A stretch of 64,000 nt of DNA. Source: Candidatus Zixiibacteriota bacterium. Lineage in GTDB: Bacteria; Zixibacteria; MSB-5A5; UBA10806; 4484-95. This document shows, piece by piece, positions 55,925-64,000 of this stretch; the stretch's first letter is position 1; every line of letters begins with the position of its first letter. Both the position numbers and the translations under genes were made by a program. The stretch covers positions 32,001 to 96,000 of the forward strand of contig JBBIRK010000001.1 of the NCBI GenBank assembly GCA_037441845.1, read 5' to 3'. The notes below the pieces were generated by a model. That model was not told where the DNA came from and ran no database searches. It worked only from the letters and a program-made list of their open reading frames with translations.

Positions 55925-56434
55925 ATGACCGGCGGTCATGATCACGATGGTGCAAGAGGCGCCGTCCGACGGGCGGTCATAATAGGTGTCGGCAACGAAA
56001 ACCGCGGCGATGACGGGATCGGAATAATCACGGCCCGACGGATTCGCAGGGTTCTGGGCGATACGATACCGATATTCGAAAACGACGGCGACGGCGCCGC
56101 TCTGATCGAGCAGTGGAGAAGCGCCGAGCTGGCGATCGTTATCGATGCCGCCCATGGCGGCGACCGAATAGGGCAGATAAAAAAATTCTCGGCAGATGAA
56201 AATCCGCTGCCCGCCATTACCTTTCCCAAAGGATCGACCCATAATTTCGGCTTGATTGAAGCGGTGGAAACGGCTCAGGCACTGGGAACGCTTCCCAGAA
56301 AGTTAATAATATACGTTATCGAGGGCGATTCGTTCGCTTTCGGCGCGGCGGTCAGCCCGGAGGTTCTCGAATCGGTGGGGCCGCTTATCGAAGATATCCG
56401 CCTGCTGTTGCGCAGGGAAGGCTTTACGGCGTAA
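55925..56434 (+). CDS. Hydrogenase maturation protease
   Basis: IIGVGN..RGDDG.G, VIDA, STH.FG. Confidence 0.92.
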   Translation: MTGGHDHDGARGAVRRAVIIGVGNENRGDDGIGIITARRIRRVLGDTIPIFENDGDGAALIEQWRSAELAIVIDAAHGGDRIGQIKKFSADENPLPAITFPKGSTHNFGLIEAVETAQALGTLPRKLIIYVIEGDSFAFGAAVSPEVLESVGPLIEDIRLLLRREGFTA

Positions 56435-56461
56435 TTTATGCGCTTGTCAAGTTTACGTTGC

Positions 56462-58759
56462 ATGGAAACGGATTCGCGCAAGAGACTGGTCATTGGAATC
56501 CAGGGAGCCGTACAAGGGGTCGGATTCCGGCCGTTCGTATATCGCTTGGCTACCACATTAGGGCTTGCCGGCATGGTTAAAAATACCGTTGCCGGCGTTT
56601 CAATCGAGCTCGAGGGACCGACGGAAACATTGGCTAAATTCCTTTCGGCGATAGAGACGGAGAAGCCTCCTTTGGCGCATATTCGCAAGCTCGAATACCG
56701 CTATGCCGACCCGAAAGGTTACCGGGGATTTACGATTTCCCAAAGTGAATCCGCCGCAGAGAAAAGAGCGTTGATCTTACCCGATATCGCCACCTGCCGG
56801 GATTGCTTGGCGGAGATCCGCGACCCGAAAAACAGGCGTTATCGGTATCCGTTTACGAATTGCACCAATTGCGGGCCCCGTTTCAGCATAATCACGGCTC
56901 TGCCTTATGACAGGCCCAATACCACGATGACCGCATTTTCGATGTGCGATGACTGCCGGGACGAATACGAAAATCCTACGGATAGAAGATATCACGCCCA
57001 ACCGATCGCCTGCCCGGCTTGCGGCCCTAAGGTCGAACTCTGGAACGATCAAGGAAAAATCGAGTCTGACGGCGATGAAGCGATCGCCCGATCCGTCGAA
57101 TTGATTGAACGAGGAATGGTTTTGGCTATCAAGGGACTGGGGGGATTCCACCTTATAGTCAACGCGGCCGATGACGATGCGGTGAAAAAATTGCGGCGAC
57201 GCAAGAAGCGCCCCGATAAACCATTCGCCATGATGTTTCCTTCCCTTGATACCATAAAAGCGATATGCGAAGTGTCGCCGGATGAACAACGAATTCTTGA
57301 TTCGCCGCAGGCGCCGATAGTGCTTTTGAATCGCCGGGCGGACCCGGCAGCCGATTCGATCGTTTCTCCGGCCGTCGCACCGTCGTGTAAGTATCTCGGG
57401 ATAATGCTTCCCTACACGCCGCTACACCATATTCTGCTCGAGCGTTTGCAAAAACCGATAGTCGCAACGAGCGGCAACCTTTCGGACGAGCCGATCTGTA
57501 TAGATGAAAAAAAGGCGGTGATCAGGCTGGCCGGCGTGGCCGATTATTATCTGGTCCACAACCGACGCATAAGCCATCACGTCGATGACTCGGTAGTCGG
57601 CATGGTATGCGGAAAGCCGCAGGTCTTGAGGCGGGCACGCGGATTCGCTCCGCTTCCGATTACAGTCGGCGATCAAACTCAAACAGTTTTGGCTGTGGGC
57701 GGTCACCTCAAAAACACGGTGGCGATGGCGGTGGCTGACAATGTATTCATAAGTCAGCATATAGGCGATTTGGAGACGGAAGAGACCGCTGAAACTTTCG
57801 CGGCCGTTATAGCCGATTTAGGCGGATTATATGGGGCGGCGCCGGAAGTGATCGCCTGTGATATGCACCCGGAGTATATCAGCACGAATTACGCGAGAAA
57901 AAAAGCAGGTATTATACGAGAAGTTCAGCATCATTACGCCCACATTCTCTCGTGCATGGCGGAAAATGGCATATCGCCGCCCTGCCTGGGGGTATGCTGG
58001 GATGGCACCGGCTATGGAATCGATAAGACAATCTGGGGCGGCGAATTTCTTATCATCGATGAAAACGATTTCCGCCGACTTGCCTGCTTTCACAGATTCA
58101 AGTTGCCCGGAGGCGAAAAAGCGGTCCGCGAACCGAGACGAGCGGCGGTCGGAGCGCTTTATGAGATATACGGACCGGACGTTTTCGAACAAACCGAACT
58201 GCCTCCGATAATGAGCTTTACCAATTTAGAAAAGATTAATCTTGCAAGAATGCTTGAAGCAGGTGTCAATTCACCGCTGACCTCAAGCGTAGGCAGATTG
58301 TTCGATGCCGCCGCTTCGCTATGTAACCTTCGCCAGATCTGCACCTTTGAGGGACAGGCGGCCATCGAGCTTGAATATGCGATCGCCGGCGGCCGGAAAG
58401 ATCCAGGTTATGAACTGCCAATCACGCGGAACATGGTCCCCATCACTATAGACTGGCGGCCGCTATTTATGCAGCTGATCGCGGACTACCAAACGGGTGT
58501 TCCTACCGGTGAAATCGCGGCGCGGTTTCACAACGCTCTGGCGAAGTCGATCGTGGCGATCGCCCGAATCGCCGATTTGCCGAACGTCGTGTTGTCGGGC
58601 GGATGTTTTCAAAATCGGTATCTGAGCGAGGCAGCGATTGATTTATTGCAAAAGGCTGGATTTAGAGCTTGGTGGCATCGGCAGATTCCGCCGAACGATG
58701 GTGGAATATCTCTCGGGCAGGCGATCGCCGCGCAAAGATATTTATCGGGGAGGCCATGA
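56462..58759 (+). CDS. hypF: Carbamoyltransferase HypF
   Basis: G.VQGVGFRPFVY, zinc fingers C..C/CTNCGPR/C..C/CPACGP, KGLGGFHL, ATSGN, QHHYAH, DGTGYG, P.NDGGISLGQ. Confidence 0.96.
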   Translation: METDSRKRLVIGIQGAVQGVGFRPFVYRLATTLGLAGMVKNTVAGVSIELEGPTETLAKFLSAIETEKPPLAHIRKLEYRYADPKGYRGFTISQSESAAEKRALILPDIATCRDCLAEIRDPKNRRYRYPFTNCTNCGPRFSIITALPYDRPNTTMTAFSMCDDCRDEYENPTDRRYHAQPIACPACGPKVELWNDQGKIESDGDEAIARSVELIERGMVLAIKGLGGFHLIVNAADDDAVKKLRRRKKRPDKPFAMMFPSLDTIKAICEVSPDEQRILDSPQAPIVLLNRRADPAADSIVSPAVAPSCKYLGIMLPYTPLHHILLERLQKPIVATSGNLSDEPICIDEKKAVIRLAGVADYYLVHNRRISHHVDDSVVGMVCGKPQVLRRARGFAPLPITVGDQTQTVLAVGGHLKNTVAMAVADNVFISQHIGDLETEETAETFAAVIADLGGLYGAAPEVIACDMHPEYISTNYARKKAGIIREVQHHYAHILSCMAENGISPPCLGVCWDGTGYGIDKTIWGGEFLIIDENDFRRLACFHRFKLPGGEKAVREPRRAAVGALYEIYGPDVFEQTELPPIMSFTNLEKINLARMLEAGVNSPLTSSVGRLFDAAASLCNLRQICTFEGQAAIELEYAIAGGRKDPGYELPITRNMVPITIDWRPLFMQLIADYQTGVPTGEIAARFHNALAKSIVAIARIADLPNVVLSGGCFQNRYLSEAAIDLLQKAGFRAWWHRQIPPNDGGISLGQAIAAQRYLSGRP

Positions 58760-59019
58760 TGTGTCTCGCCGTGCCGGGAAAAATAATCGAGATCACAGGC
58801 GCCGATATCGAAAAATCGGCTAAAATAGATTTCGGGGGCATTACCAAGTGGGTGAGTCTTGCGGTTCTGCCTGATGCGGCCGTAGGTGATTATGTAATCG
58901 TTCACGCAGGAGTTGCTATATCGCGAATCGACGAAGCCGAAGCGAAACGGGCATTCGAATATTTTGAACGGATCTCGACTGAGGTAAATGAAAGCGGCGA
59001 AAATGAAGTTTCTGACTGA
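58759..59019 (+). CDS. hypC: Hydrogenase maturation chaperone HypC
   Basis: MCLAVPG (Cys2), [21 protein letters not shown]. Confidence 0.95.
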   Translation: MCLAVPGKIIEITGADIEKSAKIDFGGITKWVSLAVLPDAAVGDYVIVHAGVAISRIDEAEAKRAFEYFERISTEVNESGENEVSD

Positions 59020-60109
59020 ATACCGCAACAATGAACTCGTCGTCAAATATCTGCAAGCAGTCATAAAGACTCTCCGGCGGCCATGGACGATGATGGAGAT
59101 CTGCGGTGGACAGACGCACTCGATACTGAAATACGGTATAGACCAGATGTTGCCGGGCGAAATAACGTTGCTTCATGGTCCCGGTTGTCCGGTATGCGTA
59201 ACCCCGATAGAGTTGATAGATAAAGCGATCGCATTGGCTGAAATTCCGGATGTCATTCTCTGCACGTTCGGCGACATGATGCGAGTTCCCGGGTCCGGCG
59301 GTAATTTGCTCGAGGCCAAAGCCGAAGGCTGCGATATTCGGATGGTTTATTCGCCGCTTGAATCGATCAGAGTGGCGGAAAACAACCTTGACCGAAGGGT
59401 GGTCTTTTTCGGAATCGGATTCGAGACCACCGCACCGACCACCGCGTTGGCATTGATACAAGCGAAAAAAAGGCGGCTTGCGAATTTTTCAGTTTTGTCG
59501 GCGCATGTGCGTGTTCCTCCGGCGATTGAACTGATTCTTTCCTCATCGGAAAACCAGGTGCAGGCTTTTCTGGCCGCCGGTCATGTCTGCACCGTTATGG
59601 GATACCGCGAGTATATACCGATCGCGGAAAAGTATAATGTTCCGATCGTGGTCACCGGTTTCGAGCCGGTCGATATTATGCAAGGAATTTACATGGCAAT
59701 CAAACAGCTCGAACGAGGTGCGGCTGCCGTGGAAAACCAATACAGCCGAGTCGTCTCGAAAAACGGCAACGAAACCGCCCGAAAGCTTATCGATGAAGTG
59801 TTCCAGGTCGAATCGAGGAAATGGCGGGGCATCGGCGAAATCGAAGGCGGTGGATTGGCGATCAAACCCGAGTATGCAGCCCTTGACGCCGCAAAAATAT
59901 TCGACTTGCCCGATGAAAATATCGAAGAGTCTTCACGCTGCTGGAGCGGCAAGGTCTTAAGAGGTCTTATCAAGCCGCCCGAGTGTCCGTCGTTCACGAT
60001 CGACTGTTTCCCGGAGCATCCCCTGGGAGCGCCAATGGTATCGGCTGAGGGAGCCTGCGCCGCCTATTACAATTATGCGAACTCCCGGCAGGGAAAGACA
60101 AACGCATGA
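59003..60109 (+). CDS. hypD: Hydrogenase maturation protein HypD
   Basis: [31 protein letters not shown]...C.P..P.G..MVS.EGAC. Alternative start 58988. Confidence 0.96.
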   Translation: MKFLTEYRNNELVVKYLQAVIKTLRRPWTMMEICGGQTHSILKYGIDQMLPGEITLLHGPGCPVCVTPIELIDKAIALAEIPDVILCTFGDMMRVPGSGGNLLEAKAEGCDIRMVYSPLESIRVAENNLDRRVVFFGIGFETTAPTTALALIQAKKRRLANFSVLSAHVRVPPAIELILSSSENQVQAFLAAGHVCTVMGYREYIPIAEKYNVPIVVTGFEPVDIMQGIYMAIKQLERGAAAVENQYSRVVSKNGNETARKLIDEVFQVESRKWRGIGEIEGGGLAIKPEYAALDAAKIFDLPDENIEESSRCWSGKVLRGLIKPPECPSFTIDCFPEHPLGAPMVSAEGACAAYYNYANSRQGKTNA

Positions 60110-61188
60110 ACGAGAAGTCAGATAATAAGCTTTCGCCGATAGACCGAATCAGTTGCCCGGTGACGACGTCGAACTACGACCACATCTTGCTTGCCCATGG
60201 CGGCGGCGGAAAATTGACCGCCGACCTTATCGAAAAAGCGTTTTTGCCGGCGTTCGGTGACCCGGCTCTCGCTGAACGCCATGATGGCGCAGAATTTAAT
60301 ATAGAAGGAATTCGTCTGGCGATCTCCACCGATTCGTTCGTGGTTACGCCTTTATTTTTCCCGGGCGGCGATATCGGAAAGCTGGCCGTTTTCGGCACGC
60401 TGAACGATCTGGCGATGTGCGGAGCCAGACCGCTCTTTTTAAGCGCGGCTTTCATTATCGAGGAGGGATTACCGCTAAGCACGGTCAATCTGGTCGCCGA
60501 ATCGATGGGTCAAGCGGCGAAAAAAACTGGAATCCGTCTGGTCACCGGCGATACCAAAGTTATCGAAAGGAAAAGCGGCAATGATCTGTACATCACCACC
60601 ACCGGCATCGGAACGATCGAACATGATCTCAAGATCTTCCCCAAATCCATAAGAGAAGGCGATAAGATAGTTTTAAGCGGCGATATCGGACGCCACGGAA
60701 TCGCCGTCATGGCCTGCCGCGAGGGATTCGAATTCGAAACGACTATCGAAAGCGACTGCGCCCCGCTCTGGAATCAAGTGGAGATTTTGCTGCGAAACGA
60801 TATAGAAATCCATTGCCTGAGAGATCTCACCAGAGGAGGTTTGGCCACCGCTCTGGTCGAGATTGCGGAGGCGGCCGGTTTGCGCTTGACGATCGATGAA
60901 TGTCTGATTCCAGTAAACGAACCGGTAAGGGGAGCCTGCGAAATACTGGGATTGGACCCGCTTTACGTCGCCAACGAAGGGCGATTCGTATGTTTCGTTC
61001 CGGAAAAAGATACAGCAAAAACGCTGGATTGGCTACGGACGATTGTTCCCGAAGCCGTCGTAATCGGACAGGCAACCGGAACTCGCAAACACGATGAAGC
61101 CCATAGACATGTGGTGATGAAAACCGCGCTGGGAACGACACGGATAATCGACCGATTGACTGGCGAACAGCTGCCGAGAATCTGCTGA
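60106..61188 (+). CDS. hypE: Carbamoyl dehydratase HypE
   Basis: [50 protein letters not shown]-terminal PRIC. Confidence 0.96.
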   Translation: MNEKSDNKLSPIDRISCPVTTSNYDHILLAHGGGGKLTADLIEKAFLPAFGDPALAERHDGAEFNIEGIRLAISTDSFVVTPLFFPGGDIGKLAVFGTLNDLAMCGARPLFLSAAFIIEEGLPLSTVNLVAESMGQAAKKTGIRLVTGDTKVIERKSGNDLYITTTGIGTIEHDLKIFPKSIREGDKIVLSGDIGRHGIAVMACREGFEFETTIESDCAPLWNQVEILLRNDIEIHCLRDLTRGGLATALVEIAEAAGLRLTIDECLIPVNEPVRGACEILGLDPLYVANEGRFVCFVPEKDTAKTLDWLRTIVPEAVVIGQATGTRKHDEAHRHVVMKTALGTTRIIDRLTGEQLPRIC

Positions 61189-61194
61189 CTTTTC

Positions 61195-62061
61195 CTAACT
61201 GCCGATGTTTTTCCCCGCGATTAAATCGTCGCAGAGCCGCTGCAACCGTTTCGCCGTCGCGGGAGCATGACCGGCGTAATGGTTGTTTATGTACACAAAA
61301 TTTGACACCCCTCGGCCGGCCAATTCAGCCAGCAGGACAGCCCATCTTTGCAATCGGTCATTTTGATCGATGACCTCCTTATCCCAGGTCGAGGTGATCG
61401 ATTCGATTTTTTTTCGGTCGCCGAGCAATCTGATATAGCAGCCGTTCGACGATTCGGGTCGGAATATCTCGGGAAGTTGATCGCCATGCGGCATCCATGG
61501 ATGATCGACCATGACCGCAGCAGCCCCGAATTTCCTGCACATGGCGGCAAATCTCGAAATGAGCCATTGTCGATTCCTGATTTCGATGGCATAACGGAAT
61601 TTGACGGGCAGATCTTCCATAAAACGCTCGAGCTTATCGAAAAATGCGTCAGCTTCGGAGAACACCGCTTTCGAGAAAAAAGGAAATTGCAGCAAAATAA
61701 ATCCGAGCTTGGATCCGAGCGACTCCACCGAATCCAGGAAACGGTCTCGATCGTTTTTTGCCGAATCGCCGTCGAGAATCTTGGCCGGATCTGGTCTTGC
61801 CTCTTTTCCCCCGTGAACGATGCTGCGCGGAAATTTGACGCTTATGATGAATCCCTCAGGAGTCGAATCAGCCCAATTGCGGATGATGTTTTTCGAAGGA
61901 ATGGCATAGTAGGTGGAATCGATCTCCACCGTGTCGAACGCATTCGAATAGTACGCCAAAAAGTTCCTCTCCTCGGTTCCCTGAGGGTAAAAAGGACCGA
62001 TCCAATCCCGGGACGAAAAAGATGATGTCCCAATTCTAATCTTATCATCAGTCGATTTCAT
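61195..62061 (-). CDS. DUF72 (YecE-like) TIM-barrel protein
   Basis: IGTS.FS...W.G.FYP, L..Y...F.TVEIDST.Y..P, VK.P....H, L.QFP, E.R, YIR..G, Y.NNHY.GHAP. Confidence 0.9.
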   Translation of the reverse strand: MKSTDDKIRIGTSSFSSRDWIGPFYPQGTEERNFLAYYSNAFDTVEIDSTYYAIPSKNIIRNWADSTPEGFIISVKFPRSIVHGGKEARPDPAKILDGDSAKNDRDRFLDSVESLGSKLGFILLQFPFFSKAVFSEADAFFDKLERFMEDLPVKFRYAIEIRNRQWLISRFAAMCRKFGAAAVMVDHPWMPHGDQLPEIFRPESSNGCYIRLLGDRKKIESITSTWDKEVIDQNDRLQRWAVLLAELAGRGVSNFVYINNHYAGHAPATAKRLQRLCDDLIAGKNIGS

Positions 62062-62283
62062 AAGCCATTCGATCCGGCTCAACTGTTGGCAGGATAATTC
62101 ATTTGTGAAAAATGCCGGCGCCTTTTGCAACATTGACTTTTGGGACGCTTCCACCGGTTATAAACAATAATTCGCCGGTATCGGTTCACGGGTCATACAC
62201 TTCGGGAATCGGCGAACCAGCATTATGATTATCGACCTACGAAAATATCGCCGATTAAGGCGCCAAGGGAATTTTGGGCACGA

Positions 62284-63327
62284 TCATGAGGAACGCGATT
62301 GGGTCGGCTTGGGAACGGCGGAATTTTGAATATAATCACCGTCTTCGCGATCTCTCTCGCTTATAAGTTTCTTGAAGCTCAACCCCTCGCGAATGGAAAA
62401 AAACCAGCCCAATAGCAGCGGCGGAAGGTAATTGAACGTATGAAGGATTATCGAAAAACTGAGAGCCGTCTGCCTACCTACATGAAACAGCGAAAGGGCG
62501 AATACGCAGGCCAGTTGAAACGTTCCGATATTGACAGGCGTGACGACGATGGTCACCAGAACGGTGTTGATAATCATTATTATCACCGCTCCCCAGAAAG
62601 TGATGTTCAACGAAAAAGCGGCTATCAGCAGATAAACCATTATCGCTTGCAGCAGCCACGAAAGAGCAGTCAGAGCGGAAACCAGATAAAGATGTTTGCG
62701 GCTGCGAAGCATTTTCAGGCCGACTATAAAACTGTTCTTGATATCCGTCAATCGTTCGATCCACGAAACCGCCGGCCAATCTATTCTCCTTTTGACCTTC
62801 AACTCGGCCTCGTGATGATGGCGGGACATCCGCCAGAGCACGATCGAAAGCGCGATGACGAGAACGGCACCGATAATCTCCCAGCTGCGTATCGATTCCG
62901 GAAACACGTAAAATAGCGATACCACAAAAAGCAAACCCACCAAAACCAGCGCATCGAATAAAATCTCGAGCACCACCGAGGTGAATGCGGTCGTCTTTTT
63001 GATGTCCTCCTTGCGGGCAAGCAGAAAAATGCGGGCCACCTGCCCGGTGAGCGCCGGCATCAACAGGTTCATCATCATGCCTATGGAGAAGGTGGAAAAT
63101 ATGCTCAGTGAATCGACTTTCTTGCCGGCATCGATGATGAATTTCCAGCGCTGCGATCGAACGAATGCGATAACGAACTCGCATACGCTTAAAGGAAGCA
63201 GATACCAGAAATTAATGCTTTTTATAATAGGCCAGATTCTATCGAAATTGAAATCTCGAAAAATGAATATACTTAAAGCTATTGCCAGGATTGCAGCCCA
63301 AAACCTCTTGCGCTTAAGCAAATTCAA
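62284..63327 (-). CDS. Lysylphosphatidylglycerol synthase TM-domain (UPF0104, flippase-like) protein
   Basis: R..RW, IG...N...P...G...R, E...D, TP...G.F. TTG start overlaps the upstream stop, with SD GGAG. Confidence 0.82.
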   Translation of the reverse strand: MNLLKRKRFWAAILAIALSIFIFRDFNFDRIWPIIKSINFWYLLPLSVCEFVIAFVRSQRWKFIIDAGKKVDSLSIFSTFSIGMMMNLLMPALTGQVARIFLLARKEDIKKTTAFTSVVLEILFDALVLVGLLFVVSLFYVFPESIRSWEIIGAVLVIALSIVLWRMSRHHHEAELKVKRRIDWPAVSWIERLTDIKNSFIVGLKMLRSRKHLYLVSALTALSWLLQAIMVYLLIAAFSLNITFWGAVIIMIINTVLVTIVVTPVNIGTFQLACVFALSLFHVGRQTALSFSIILHTFNYLPPLLLGWFFSIREGLSFKKLISERDREDGDYIQNSAVPKPTQSRSS

Positions 63328-64000
63328 AATCGTATCTCCATCACGGCATCCATCGGAACCCACCCTTTCAATCCATTGGCTAATTCCACCAAATAATACC
63401 CTTGCCTCGACGATAGAATATTGAGTTCGAGTCCGTCATGGCAGGTGAGTAATTTGCCGAAATCTTCTCCTGGACCCTCAATCAACTCGATCGAAGGGGT
63501 CACGATCACTCCCGGACGCTGTCTGAGTTCTTGTTTGATCGCGGAACCCGCAACCAGCGAAGTCAAAATAAGCAGCGAACCGATAATAATCAAAAGATAA
63601 ATTAGTCTTCGTCTATGCCCGGCGGACAGGATTAGCAAAGAAATTACCGCCGCGGAAAACCAGAATAAGACCGCGCACGCCATAAGATAAAAATCAGGAC
63701 TCATGAATCCGATGATCTCAAACCATATATCACCCAATATGCCCCGCGGCTGCAGTTCGACTTTATCGACGACTTGATTCCGCACGAGTCGCAGGTTTTC
63801 TTCGCAAACCTTCAGCGACGGCTTCACTATAAGGGCTTTTCTATAATAACCTATCGCCGCACCGATTTTGCCGGCCTTATAATACGCATTTCCCAAATTA
63901 TAAAACAGCTCTCCGGAAACGACTCCGCGCTCGACCAGACTTAAATAGGATTTAATAGCCCGATCGTAATCGCCGCTATCGTAAGCGCTGTTGGCTTCGT
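63324..64000 (-). CDS. BatE-like TPR + 2 TM + SH3-like protein (5' end outside the window)
   Basis: Frame open to the edge: EANSAYDSGDYDRAIKSY...LFYNLGNAYYK.G..G.AI..Y..AL, two TMs, GP....L...H.G......Y..V.L.NG..GWV. Confidence 0.8.
   Translation of the reverse strand, partial: EANSAYDSGDYDRAIKSYLSLVERGVVSGELFYNLGNAYYKAGKIGAAIGYYRKALIVKPSLKVCEENLRLVRNQVVDKVELQPRGILGDIWFEIIGFMSPDFYLMACAVLFWFSAAVISLLILSAGHRRRLIYLLIIIGSLLILTSLVAGSAIKQELRQRPGVIVTPSIELIEGPGEDFGKLLTCHDGLELNILSSRQGYYLVELANGLKGWVPMDAVMEIRF

Overview
A 64-kb, mostly core-chromosome segment from a diderm, probably anaerobic bacterium. A dockerin-type C-terminal module, SpoVG, a stand-alone PASTA protein and a BatE-like gene suggest an FCB-related lineage such as candidate Zixibacteria (inference, no search run). 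In order it carries: tRNA-Ser(GGA) and mazG on back-to-back promoters; a sugar ABC ATPase; pth-rpsF-ssb-rpsR-DUF2232-rplI-DUF151 with an S6:S18 leader; an LppC-like protein; three coupled unknown genes; a heterodimeric ABC exporter with a Nudix gene between its halves, followed by an inositol monophosphatase; radical SAM (TIGR03960/03936)-rsmB-PASTA-rpe; an alanine dehydrogenase-like gene coupled to a CoA transferase; HD and HAD hydrolases; a degenerate PdxJ-fold gene followed by a sensor kinase lacking its phospho-His; a P-type ATPase, DinB, M20 peptidase and YjbQ; a 5-module repeat lipoprotein; pgsA-pgpA-cinA; a 1192-aa secreted protein with three cysteine-peptidase-like domains and a dockerin-like tail; an M16 peptidase pair; spoVG; gmd; secDF; an outer-membrane beta-barrel; aldehyde dehydrogenase-DUF6125; a group 3b [NiFe]-hydrogenase operon with a cNMP-binding gene and hypFCDE; DUF72; an LPG-synthase-TM protein; and a partial BatE-like gene. 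I saw no CRISPR array, integrase, transposase or rRNA. The best candidates for undescribed biology are the dockerin-tagged triple protease (with the repeat lipoprotein as a possible partner), the adjacent PdxJ and histidine-kinase pseudoenzymes, the ABC-Nudix-ABC-IMPase operon, and a tRNA promoter that appears to start transcription at or next to the mature 5' end. All family calls are by-eye motif recognition.
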